Origin: an uncultured Pelagibacteraceae bacterium
GTDB lineage: Bacteria; Pseudomonadota; Alphaproteobacteria; Pelagibacterales; Pelagibacteraceae
DNA: 64,000 bases
Direction: 5' to 3'
NCBI GenBank assembly: GCA_902610315.1
Contig: CACLVA010000001.1
Span: 107,614 to 171,613 of the forward strand
The notes beneath the pieces are model-generated. The model saw only the letters and a program-made list of their open reading frames with translations. It had not been told where the DNA came from and made no database searches. Shown piece by piece: positions 9,467 through 18,840 of this stretch (its first letter is position 1; each line of letters begins with the position of its first letter). A program made the translations under genes and the position numbers.

Positions 9467-11443
9467 ATGAGAGATAAAATTACTGAAATATTAAACTTAA
9501 TAAAAATTAAGAAATTTAAAGAGGCCGAAATAAAGTGCGATGATATAAAAAAACATTTTGATGAAAATGTGGAGTTTCTACACATTTATGGCTTTGTATT
9601 TTTTAATCTAAAAAATTATGAAAAGGCTATAGTTCAATGGGAGAAGGCAGTAAAAATTAATCCAAAATTTGTTGATGGTTTAAATAATCTTGGAAATGCA
9701 CTTTCAAGAATAGGAAAATTTGACGAAGCTATTAATTATTTGAATAAAGCATTAAATCTAAGACCAGATTTTTTTGAAACTTATTATACGCTTAGCGAAA
9801 TTTTTTATCAAAAAGGCATATATGATAAGTCACTTAAAAATATAAATGAGGCTTTAAATTTAAAACCTGAAGACCTACTAACCATAAAAAGCAAACTCTC
9901 AATTCTCTCAAAAATGAACATGAAAAAAGAGTACTTAAAATTTTTAGAAAAAGTTATTCCATACCATCCTAAAGAAACAGAACTTTACTATAAAAAAGCG
10001 CAAATTTTTTCAGAACTAGGGATGAACACTTCGTCCATAAACACTTATAAAACTATACTAATGATTGATCCAGAATATCCATATGTTTTAGGGAATGTTG
10101 TTCAAGATAAGTTATTAAATTGCGATTGGAATAATCTAGATAGAGATTTAAATGATTTAAAAAACAAAATATTAGAAGATAAAAAAATTGCTAGCCCAAT
10201 GTTATTATCAACGGTATTTGACTCCTCTGAACTACTTTTTAAGGCAAGCAAAATATGGATCGATCAATTTGATGAAAGCAATAGTAGCTTTGAGGCTCAA
10301 ATTTTAGAAAAAAATACAAAAATAAAAATAGGATATTTTTCAGCTGATTTTAGAGACCACCCTATTGGTCACTTAATAGTTAAAATGTTAGAGACTCATG
10401 ATAAATCTAAATATGAAATTTTTGGTTTTTACTTAGGTAAGAGACATGAAGAAAATGATATTTTTCATTCAAGAATAAAAAAAGCTTTCACTAAATTTTA
10501 TGATGTATCTAATATGTCAAATGAAGAAATAATATCTTTATCTAAAAATTTAAAAATACATATTGCCATAGACCTCATGGCTCACACGGGAGGACACGAG
10601 GGAAAATTTGGAATTTTTCAAAAAAAATTGGCACCTATACAAATAAACTTTTTAGGTTATCCAGGCACATCCGGATCAGACAAAATAGATTATATAATAG
10701 CTGATAAAACAGTAATACCTGAAAAAAATAAAAAGTTTTTTTCTGAAAAAATTATTTATTTGCCTCATTCTTATCAACCGAGCGAAAAAGACAGAGTAAT
10801 ATCAGAAAAAAAATTTACGAAACAAATTTTAAATTTACCAAAGGATGATTTTATATTTTGTTGCTTTAATACTATTAAAAAAATTTTACCTAATATTTTG
10901 AACTTATGGGCAGAGATATTAAACCAGGTCCCAAAAAGTGTTTTATGGCTATTGTCTGATAACAATGATGCTATACAAAATTTAAAAATAGAATTCAAAA
11001 AAAAAAAAATAGATCCAAAAAGAATTATTTTTGGAACCAAAGTTCCAATAATGGAGCATCTTGCAAGAATTAAATTTGCAGATTTGTTCCTTGATACATT
11101 CCCTTATAACGCCCATACATCATGTAGCGACTCCATTTGGGCGGGGTTACCAATATTAACTTTAGAAGGCGACTCCTTTCAAAGCAGAGTTGCTTCTAGT
11201 CTATTAAAAACAACTGGCTTAAATGAACTTGTTAGCAAAAATGAAAAAGAATATGTGGATAAAGCTGTTCATATTGCAAAAAATCAAGAATATTTAAATC
11301 AACTAAAAAATAAATTACTAGCCTCTAAAGATAGCAACCCCTTATTTGATAATAAATCTTTCACCTATAACATTGAAAATGCATACAGTATCGTATTTGA
11401 AAAATATATTAATAAAAAAGATCCAGAAGATGTTTACTTATAA
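9467..11443 (+). CDS. TPR + GT41 glycosyltransferase (OGT/SPINDLY-like)
   Basis: N-terminal TPRs; KIGYFSADFRDHP, APIQINFLGYPGTSG, FCCFN, DLFLDTFPYNAHT. Confidence 0.9.
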   Translation: MRDKITEILNLIKIKKFKEAEIKCDDIKKHFDENVEFLHIYGFVFFNLKNYEKAIVQWEKAVKINPKFVDGLNNLGNALSRIGKFDEAINYLNKALNLRPDFFETYYTLSEIFYQKGIYDKSLKNINEALNLKPEDLLTIKSKLSILSKMNMKKEYLKFLEKVIPYHPKETELYYKKAQIFSELGMNTSSINTYKTILMIDPEYPYVLGNVVQDKLLNCDWNNLDRDLNDLKNKILEDKKIASPMLLSTVFDSSELLFKASKIWIDQFDESNSSFEAQILEKNTKIKIGYFSADFRDHPIGHLIVKMLETHDKSKYEIFGFYLGKRHEENDIFHSRIKKAFTKFYDVSNMSNEEIISLSKNLKIHIAIDLMAHTGGHEGKFGIFQKKLAPIQINFLGYPGTSGSDKIDYIIADKTVIPEKNKKFFSEKIIYLPHSYQPSEKDRVISEKKFTKQILNLPKDDFIFCCFNTIKKILPNILNLWAEILNQVPKSVLWLLSDNNDAIQNLKIEFKKKKIDPKRIIFGTKVPIMEHLARIKFADLFLDTFPYNAHTSCSDSIWAGLPILTLEGDSFQSRVASSLLKTTGLNELVSKNEKEYVDKAVHIAKNQEYLNQLKNKLLASKDSNPLFDNKSFTYNIENAYSIVFEKYINKKDPEDVYL

Positions 11444-12505
11444 TTGAACACCCGCACCCTTAAGAAATTTAGCATTTTTATCTAGCTGCCATCTTGGATT
11501 TATAGAAAAATCTAGTTTATTAAACTCTTTTTTTTTAAATTTTTTTAATCCAACAATTGCGATCATAGCAGCATTATCACTACATAGATTTAGCTCTGGG
11601 AAAATAGCTGTAAATCTTTCTTCTAAACAAACTCTACTTATCGTTTTTCTTATTTCTTTATTTGCAGCTACTCCGCCTGCAACGATTAACTTATTTCCAT
11701 TAAAACTTTTTTTAAATTCATTAATGGCTACTTTTGTTTTTTTGTAAATAATATCTGAAATTGTTTTTTGAAATGATGCCGCTAAATCATACTTATCTTG
11801 TTTATTTTTAATTATTTTGGACGATCTAAAAACTGCAGTTTTAAGCCCTGCGAAAGATAGATTACAACCCCCTCTATTTATAATTGGTTTTGGGAGAATA
11901 TACCTTCTTTGATTTCCTTTTTTTGCATACTGTTCAATTTTTGGTCCACCGGGAAATCCAAATCCTAATATCTTGGCAGTCTTGTCAAATGCTTCACCTA
12001 AAGCATCATCAATTGTAGTGCCTATTCTCTTATATCTCCCCAAACCTTTCACAACTAAATATTGAGTATGTCCACCTGAAATAAGCAAAAGTAAATAAGG
12101 AAATTTTATATTACTTTTAAACATAGGACTTAATGCATGACCTTCTAAATGATTTACAGCGATTAATGGTTTTTTTAAAGCTAGTGATAATGATTTTGCA
12201 AAATTAAAACCGACAGATAAACATACGATTAAACCAGGACCTGCTGTAGCAGATATTGCGTCAATATTATTTAATTTTACTCTGCTTTTTTTTAGAGCTT
12301 TTTTTGTAATCATTTCGATTTTTTCTAAATGACTTCTCGCCGCCAATTCAGGCACCACACCCCCAAATTTCTTATGAACCTCTTCCTGGCTTGATACAAT
12401 ATTAGCCAAAATTTTTGGTGGTTTTGTTCCATTATCCTGGATTATTGAAACAGCAGTCTCATCACAGCTTGTTTCTATGCCCATTATAAGTATTTTTTTT
12501 TTCAT
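11438..12505 (-). CDS. tsaD: tRNA t6A threonylcarbamoyltransferase
   Basis: GIETSCDET, GGVVPELAARSH, NHLEGH, SGGHT, DDALGEAFDK, SDNAAM. Confidence 0.96.
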   Translation of the reverse strand: MKKKILIMGIETSCDETAVSIIQDNGTKPPKILANIVSSQEEVHKKFGGVVPELAARSHLEKIEMITKKALKKSRVKLNNIDAISATAGPGLIVCLSVGFNFAKSLSLALKKPLIAVNHLEGHALSPMFKSNIKFPYLLLLISGGHTQYLVVKGLGRYKRIGTTIDDALGEAFDKTAKILGFGFPGGPKIEQYAKKGNQRRYILPKPIINRGGCNLSFAGLKTAVFRSSKIIKNKQDKYDLAASFQKTISDIIYKKTKVAINEFKKSFNGNKLIVAGGVAANKEIRKTISRVCLEERFTAIFPELNLCSDNAAMIAIVGLKKFKKKEFNKLDFSINPRWQLDKNAKFLKGAGVQL

Positions 12506-12540
12506 AAATAATTTAATTAATATAGGTAAATTTAAATATT

Positions 12541-13452
12541 ATGAATAAAAAAAAAATAATCATAGGAGCAAGAGGAAGCAAATTAGCTGTTAAATATGCA
12601 GAACTTGCTATTAGAAAAATTAAAAAATTTTATAATGGAAAAATTGAGTTAAAAAAAATTGTTACAAGGGGAGATAAAGTTTTAAATCGCAGAACTTCTG
12701 ATATTGGTGGCAAAGGAGAATTTGTAAAGAATATTGAGAAGGAATTGATTGCCAAAAAGATTGATATAGCAGTTCATTCATTAAAAGATATTCCTTATAA
12801 AGAAACACCAGGCTTGATCATAAAAACATTTCTTAAAAGAAATTCTCCAAGAGAAGTACTTATAAGCAGAAACAATTTGTCTTTCGAAAAGTTAAAAAAA
12901 AATTCCATTATTGGTACGTCTTCTTTTAGAAGAGAATTTCAATTAAAAGTGATGAGGCCAGATTTAAAATTTAAACTTATAAGAGGAAATATTGATAGTA
13001 GAATAAAAAAAATTTACGAAAAAAAATATGATGCAATTATTTTAGCCAAGGCAGGTTTAAAGAGTTTAAAGATGACTAGTTTAATTACACAAGAATTTGA
13101 TTGTAACAAGATCATCCCGTCTGCAGGTCAGGGTATAATTTCTCTACAATCGAGAAAAAATGATAACAAAATTAATAAACTTTTGGAAAAAGTTAATGAC
13201 AAAAATACAGAAATTAGAGCAAAGACTGAGAGAAAAGTTTTAAAAATTTTAAAAGGTGACTGCAGCACAGCAGTTGGTATTTATTCATTGATTAAGAAAA
13301 AAAAACTAATTTTAAAAGCTGAGCTATTTTCTGTTGATGGAAAATATAGATATTTTTATGAACATTCTAATAAAATTGGAAAATCACTAGAAATTGGATC
13401 AATTGTTGGAAACTATTTAAAAAAAATATCTCAAGGCAAATATAAAAATTGA
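12541..13452 (+). CDS. hemC: Hydroxymethylbilane synthase
   Basis: RGSKLA, AVHSLKD, IGTSSFRR, RGNIDSR, GDC cofactor Cys. Confidence 0.95.
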   Translation: MNKKKIIIGARGSKLAVKYAELAIRKIKKFYNGKIELKKIVTRGDKVLNRRTSDIGGKGEFVKNIEKELIAKKIDIAVHSLKDIPYKETPGLIIKTFLKRNSPREVLISRNNLSFEKLKKNSIIGTSSFRREFQLKVMRPDLKFKLIRGNIDSRIKKIYEKKYDAIILAKAGLKSLKMTSLITQEFDCNKIIPSAGQGIISLQSRKNDNKINKLLEKVNDKNTEIRAKTERKVLKILKGDCSTAVGIYSLIKKKKLILKAELFSVDGKYRYFYEHSNKIGKSLEIGSIVGNYLKKISQGKYKN

Positions 13453-13453
13453 A

Positions 13454-14152
13454 ATGCACATTTTATTAACTCGTCAATTACAAGATTCAAAAGATTTAAT
13501 ACAAAAATTTAAATCTAACGGTTTTAAAGTTTCAAACTTGCCTTTATTAGAGATTAATAAATTAGATTATGATGAAATTAAAAATTATAATTATAATGCA
13601 ATTATTTTTACTAGTTCTAATGCAATTAAATTTTTGAATTTAAAGAATATTAAAAAGAATATTTTATGTTTTTGTGTTGGGTCACATACAGAAAAAACTG
13701 CGAGGTCTAATGGTTTCCAAAATGTAATTGCAGCTGATGGCAATGTCAGAAATTTGAAAGAACTTGTACAACAAAATTTGTCAATTAAAGATAACAAGAT
13801 ACTCTATGTAAGTGGAGATGTTTTATCATTTCCTTTAGATAAAGAGCTAACTTCAGAAGGGTACAATGTTAAGAGATTGATAAACTACACTGTCAAACAT
13901 AACAAAAATTTAGATATATCATTTTTAGACTCTTTAAAGAAAGATATGCCAAATTTAGTATATGTTTATTCTGAAAATAGCGCAAAAAGCTTTTTAAACT
14001 TAATAAAAAAATATGAATTGGTTGACTACTGGATGAATACTAACTTAATGTGCATTGGAGAAAAAACCTCGTCGGTTTTAAATGTGGTAAAATGGAAAAA
14101 AATATTTTTATTTAACCCTGGCGAAGAGGAATTTTTATTATATAAAATTTAA
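13454..14152 (+). CDS. hemD: Uroporphyrinogen-III synthase
   Basis: HILLTR, IIFTSSNA, CVG..T; directly follows hemC. Confidence 0.88.
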   Translation: MHILLTRQLQDSKDLIQKFKSNGFKVSNLPLLEINKLDYDEIKNYNYNAIIFTSSNAIKFLNLKNIKKNILCFCVGSHTEKTARSNGFQNVIAADGNVRNLKELVQQNLSIKDNKILYVSGDVLSFPLDKELTSEGYNVKRLINYTVKHNKNLDISFLDSLKKDMPNLVYVYSENSAKSFLNLIKKYELVDYWMNTNLMCIGEKTSSVLNVVKWKKIFLFNPGEEEFLLYKI

Positions 14153-14155
14153 AAT

Positions 14156-15241
14156 ATGGAAGTTTTTATTAATTTAAAAAATTTATTTCTTTCCGTTTGG
14201 GATAAAGGAATTTTAGGAATCGATATTGGTCAGATACTAATTGGATTAGGAATTTTTTTAATATTTCTAATTTTCAGGGGATTAATTAGTAAATTAATAA
14301 TAAAAAAATTAGAGCTCATCTCAAAAAGAACAACCAACAAATTAGATGATACTTTTGTAAAAGCTATGGTAGGACCAGCGCGTTTTTTACCCATAGTTTT
14401 AGGTTTTTTCTTTGCAAGTTATTATATGACGTTTGCAGAGGATACTAGGTCTTTTGTAGACACTATTAACAGAACTTTAATAACGATTTTATTGTTTTGG
14501 ATCATTCATCAAATAATTGAGCCAATTTCATATATTTTAAGTGGATTAGATAAAATTCTCACTAGAGAATTAATAGGATGGATAATTAAATCATTAAAAA
14601 TTTTAATTTTTATATTAGGTGCTGCCGCTGTTCTTGAATTATGGGGAATAAAAATTGGACCAATTATTGCTGGATTAGGCCTTTTTGGAGTAGCTGTTGC
14701 ACTAGGAGCACAAGACTTATTTAAAAATTTAATATCCGGGATTTTAGTCCTTGTTGAAAAAAGATTTAAAATGGGTGATTGGATATTAGTAGAGGGGACA
14801 ATTGAAGGAATTGTTGAAAAAATAGGATTTAGATCAACAACTATTAGAAAATTTGACAAATCTTTAGCTATAATTCCTAATTTTCAGTTTGCAGAAAATG
14901 CCGTTATTAATGTAAGTCAAACAACTAATTGGCTCATAAGTTGGATAATTACTTTGCAGTACGACACAACGGTTGATCAGTTAAAAAATATAAGAGATCA
15001 AATCGAAAAACATATTAACGAAAACGATGATTACGATAAAAAAGTAGGGCTCGCAGTTAGAGTGGATAAATTTTCAGATAGCTCGATAGATATGTATGTA
15101 AGATGTTTCACCAAAACCAATAGTTGGAATGAATGGCTAAAAGTTAAAGAAAAATTAGCCATCGAAATAAAGCAGATAGTTGAAAAAAATAAAGCTTCAT
15201 TTGCTTTTCCAAGTCAATCTATCTACGTCGAAAAAAAATGA
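14156..15241 (+). CDS. MscS family mechanosensitive channel
   Basis: GVAVALGAQD..KN..SG, GDWI, GFRST, IPN, FAFPSQ. Confidence 0.92.
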   Translation: MEVFINLKNLFLSVWDKGILGIDIGQILIGLGIFLIFLIFRGLISKLIIKKLELISKRTTNKLDDTFVKAMVGPARFLPIVLGFFFASYYMTFAEDTRSFVDTINRTLITILLFWIIHQIIEPISYILSGLDKILTRELIGWIIKSLKILIFILGAAAVLELWGIKIGPIIAGLGLFGVAVALGAQDLFKNLISGILVLVEKRFKMGDWILVEGTIEGIVEKIGFRSTTIRKFDKSLAIIPNFQFAENAVINVSQTTNWLISWIITLQYDTTVDQLKNIRDQIEKHINENDDYDKKVGLAVRVDKFSDSSIDMYVRCFTKTNSWNEWLKVKEKLAIEIKQIVEKNKASFAFPSQSIYVEKK

Positions 15242-15528
15242 TAGCTCTATTCTATTTATCATTACAAATCTTAAAATTATATTCTTATATTGTTATAGCT
15301 AACGTTATAATTAGCTGGCTAGTTGCTTTTAATGTTTTAAATACTACAAATCGATTTGTTTATTTAGTTTTGGATTTTACATACAGACTAACAGAACCTT
15401 TTTTAAGAAAGATTAGAGGTTTTCTACCTAATCTGGGTGCTATCGATATATCGCCGGTCATCCTTCTTTTGTTGATATGGTTTATAGAAATGTGTATGAA
15501 ACTTTATATAGCACCATTAATTTTTTAA
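15238..15528 (+). CDS. YggT family membrane protein
   Basis: SWLVAFNV, RLTEPFL, GAIDISP; directly upstream of folD. Confidence 0.9.
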   Translation: MIALFYLSLQILKLYSYIVIANVIISWLVAFNVLNTTNRFVYLVLDFTYRLTEPFLRKIRGFLPNLGAIDISPVILLLLIWFIEMCMKLYIAPLIF

Positions 15529-15534
15529 TTTAAA

Positions 15535-16380
15535 ATGACTATAATAGACGGAAAAAAAACTGCTGCGGATTTAAGATCAAATTTAAAAAATGAAGTAGAT
15601 AATCTAAAAAAAAAATTTAATAGAGTTCCAGGCTTAACTGTAATACTTATAGGTGAATATGCGCCAAGCAAAATTTATGTACGGAATAAAGAAAAATCAG
15701 CATTAGAAATTGGTCTTAAATCAGAAATTATTAAGTATTCCGATACAGTAGATGAAAAAACTGTTTTAGAAAAGATTAGTGAACTCAATAATGATGAAAA
15801 TGTCTCTGGCATTTTGGTACAGTTGCCACTTCCAAAACACATTGATAACAAAAAAATTATAGATGCAATTGATCCAAACAAAGATGTAGATGGTTTTCAC
15901 CCTAACAATGTAGGAAATTTGTCGTCTGGGTATAAAAGCTCAATTCCTTGTACACCACAAGGATGTCATTTGTTAATAAAAAAAATAGAGCCAAATTTAA
16001 ATGGAAAAAAAGCAGTTGTTTTAGGTAGATCTAATTTAAATGGAAAACCAATGACACAACTTTTACTGAAGGAAAATTGTACAGTGACAATTGCTCACTC
16101 AAAAACAAAAAATTTAAAAGAAGAATGTCTAAAGGCAGATATTTTAGTAGTTGCAGTTGGAATTCCAAAACTTGTGAAAGGTGATTGGGTTAAAAAAGGA
16201 TCTATAATAATTGATGTTGGGATTAATAAAACTGAAGAGGGGATAGTCGGTGATGTTGATTTTGATGAGGTTTTAAAACATGCAAAAGCAATAACCCCAG
16301 TTCCAGGCGGAGTTGGACCAATGACAATCGCCTGTTTATTAAAAAATACAATAGAATGTTTTAAAAGATCATTAGTCTAA
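15535..16380 (+). CDS. folD: Methylenetetrahydrofolate dehydrogenase/cyclohydrolase
   Basis: YVRNK, GILVQLPLP, KDVDG, PCTP, DVGIN, TPVPGGVGPMT. Confidence 0.97.
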   Translation: MTIIDGKKTAADLRSNLKNEVDNLKKKFNRVPGLTVILIGEYAPSKIYVRNKEKSALEIGLKSEIIKYSDTVDEKTVLEKISELNNDENVSGILVQLPLPKHIDNKKIIDAIDPNKDVDGFHPNNVGNLSSGYKSSIPCTPQGCHLLIKKIEPNLNGKKAVVLGRSNLNGKPMTQLLLKENCTVTIAHSKTKNLKEECLKADILVVAVGIPKLVKGDWVKKGSIIIDVGINKTEEGIVGDVDFDEVLKHAKAITPVPGGVGPMTIACLLKNTIECFKRSLV

Positions 16381-18048
16381 ACCAATAAGTATTTGATTAA
16401 ATTCCTCACCTGCTTTTGTAGTATTGAATAGTTTTTCAATAGCCCTCTTTTGATAATATTTTTTAATTTCCAACAAATTTTCTTTATTTGCAAGGTCGAT
16501 TGCTAACTCAACATACTCCTTTTTATTATTAACTACTGGGGGATTCTCGATCTCCATTTGTTTATAAGCAGCACTCACGATCCTAGATTTTATAAATTTG
16601 GTCGGCATTGTAATCGTTGGTGTTCCGTACACCATTGATTCGTGAAATGAGTTACCTGCACCAAAATATAATGGATCTAATAATACAGACGATGTTCCTA
16701 AGTGGTTTATGTAATTATCTCTGCTAAGTGGATCAAGAAAAATAACTCTATCCAGATCAAAAGATTTAATTTTTTTAAACCGTTCAATTAATTTATTGAA
16801 GTAAACTTTATTATTATCTTTGATTAAATACAAAACTCCTTTTTTATCTTTTTTAAGTATTTCAGCTAAAATATGATCAAAATCTGGATGAAATTTAAAC
16901 ATCGTTTGTGGACATGAGTAAAAATTTTTTTTAACTAATTCAACATCTTTTAATTTTTGTTTTATTTTAGGCATTTCATAAATCATTGGTAGGTGTTCCA
17001 TTAACAACAGTTTTTCCGAGTAACTTTTTGAAGTTTCATTTGTAATTAAACTCTTGGAACATAGAAAAAAATCTATACTTTCACTACCTGTTGTTTCAGG
17101 ATGACCCCATGACATTATTTGATATTTGGCAAGTCTGATTAGAGACAGATAGTACATTTCAATTGACATACCGATATCTGGATAAAATAAAATATTAAAT
17201 TTTTCTTTTTTAAAAAAACTAATTTTTTCACTTAATTTTTCTGGAAGTCGAATGTTTTTTAAAAAACCGTTTTTTTCTTTTTCAATAAATTCATTAAAAA
17301 GATCACTGCTCTTTGTTTTTTTTGAGTGGAGTACAAATATATTAAATTTTGACTGGTCAAGACTAAAAATAATATTCTTAAATAATCTACCAATCGTATG
17401 GTTGGTAAAAAATTCTGATATAAAACCTATTTTTACTTTTTCATTTTCTTTTCTTTCAACAACACAATTTTCACTTAATTCTTTATAAATTTTTCTTAAA
17501 GCTTTTACGCTTTTGATATTTAATTCAAGATTGTCATGTTGATTATAAGAAGATTCATAGTGAGGTGTTTGAATTATTTGATCATCGTCATAATTTAGTT
17601 GTTCGCTATTTTCTATAATTTGATCGTAACAGTCGTTTATTTTTTTTCTAAATTTATCAATTTCATTGTTGTCTTTTACAATTACTGGAAACAATAATTC
17701 TTTTTGATATCTCCACTTAGGATTCATTAAATTTTTGCTTAAACCTTCCTCAATTAAATTAACCATCTCGTAAATTTTGTCCTGATTTTTCAAAATTGAT
17801 GCGTAAAACTGGTAAGCATAAGGCTCTTTTTCATTTAGTTTTAAAACTTTCTTGATCGTATTTTCTGCGTTTTGAAAGTCTCCAGAAAAAGCATACGCGT
17901 GTAATAAATTTCTTAAAACTGATAAATTTTCGGGGAAATGAGATAGGATCTTATTAAATAGCTCAATCGATTTAGAGTAATTTTTATTTTGTAAATGATT
18001 ATAAGCAATCTTAAATAATTCTTCTGTGGAAATTTTGTTCACAATCAA
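16372..18048 (-). CDS. TPR + GT41-family glycosyltransferase (GHPxTT type)
   Basis: Short N-terminal TPRs; KIGFISEFFTNHTIG, YPDIGM, RLAKYQIMSWGHPETTG, LDPLYFGAGNS. Confidence 0.82.
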   Translation of the reverse strand: MIVNKISTEELFKIAYNHLQNKNYSKSIELFNKILSHFPENLSVLRNLLHAYAFSGDFQNAENTIKKVLKLNEKEPYAYQFYASILKNQDKIYEMVNLIEEGLSKNLMNPKWRYQKELLFPVIVKDNNEIDKFRKKINDCYDQIIENSEQLNYDDDQIIQTPHYESSYNQHDNLELNIKSVKALRKIYKELSENCVVERKENEKVKIGFISEFFTNHTIGRLFKNIIFSLDQSKFNIFVLHSKKTKSSDLFNEFIEKEKNGFLKNIRLPEKLSEKISFFKKEKFNILFYPDIGMSIEMYYLSLIRLAKYQIMSWGHPETTGSESIDFFLCSKSLITNETSKSYSEKLLLMEHLPMIYEMPKIKQKLKDVELVKKNFYSCPQTMFKFHPDFDHILAEILKKDKKGVLYLIKDNNKVYFNKLIERFKKIKSFDLDRVIFLDPLSRDNYINHLGTSSVLLDPLYFGAGNSFHESMVYGTPTITMPTKFIKSRIVSAAYKQMEIENPPVVNNKKEYVELAIDLANKENLLEIKKYYQKRAIEKLFNTTKAGEEFNQILIGLD

Positions 18049-18095
18049 GTTTATTAATAAATAACATTACACTAATACAAAAAAATTAAAATATA

Positions 18096-18812
18096 TTATG
18101 ATAATTTTGATCTTCCACCATCTACACCTATTATCTGCCCAGTTATCCACGAACTGTCTTCAGATAATAAAAATTGTGCCATTGCGGCAGCATCTTTGCC
18201 TTCGCCCACTCTTTTCATCGGGTGAGCTTTTGCTACGCCTTCTGCAATTAATTTATTTTTTAATATTGGGTCGGCTATTTTTGATTTAGTTAAACTAGGA
18301 GCAATACAATTAACTCTAATATTGGGAGCAAACTCGGCCGCCAAAGATACTGTTAGTCCTTCGATAGCACCTTTCACTGACGCAATAATACTATGATTTG
18401 TAAATCCTCTTTGAACAGCGACTGTTGAAAACATAACTATAGAGCCCTTATTTTTTTTTAAATTGTCCTGAAAGTTTTTAACAGTCTCAACTATTGGAAA
18501 AAAATTTAAATCAAAACATTTCATAAAATCATCTTTTTTAACTGCTCGAACAGGTTTAAGATCAATAGAGCCAACACAATATGCAATACCAGCAATTTCC
18601 TGTCCCTCAAATTCATTTTTTAAATTTTTAACAGATTGTTCGTCTAAAACATCAACGACACTGTATTTACAGTTCAGCTCAGATGATAATGCATTTAGAC
18701 CGTTTTCATCCCGACCTATGAGTTGAACATCATGATTTTTGCCAACCATTAATTTGGCTAAGTTTGAACCGATAGAACCTGTCGCACCAAAAATTAAATA
18801 TTTTCCTGACAT
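18096..18812 (-). CDS. Short-chain dehydrogenase/reductase (no catalytic Tyr)
   Basis: GATGSIG Rossmann motif, RVNCIAP, WITGQIIGVDGG; YxxxK reads IASVK. Confidence 0.88.
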   Translation of the reverse strand: MSGKYLIFGATGSIGSNLAKLMVGKNHDVQLIGRDENGLNALSSELNCKYSVVDVLDEQSVKNLKNEFEGQEIAGIAYCVGSIDLKPVRAVKKDDFMKCFDLNFFPIVETVKNFQDNLKKNKGSIVMFSTVAVQRGFTNHSIIASVKGAIEGLTVSLAAEFAPNIRVNCIAPSLTKSKIADPILKNKLIAEGVAKAHPMKRVGEGKDAAAMAQFLLSEDSSWITGQIIGVDGGRSKLS

Positions 18813-18840
18813 ATCGTATAATAGTATTTATAAATAAATT

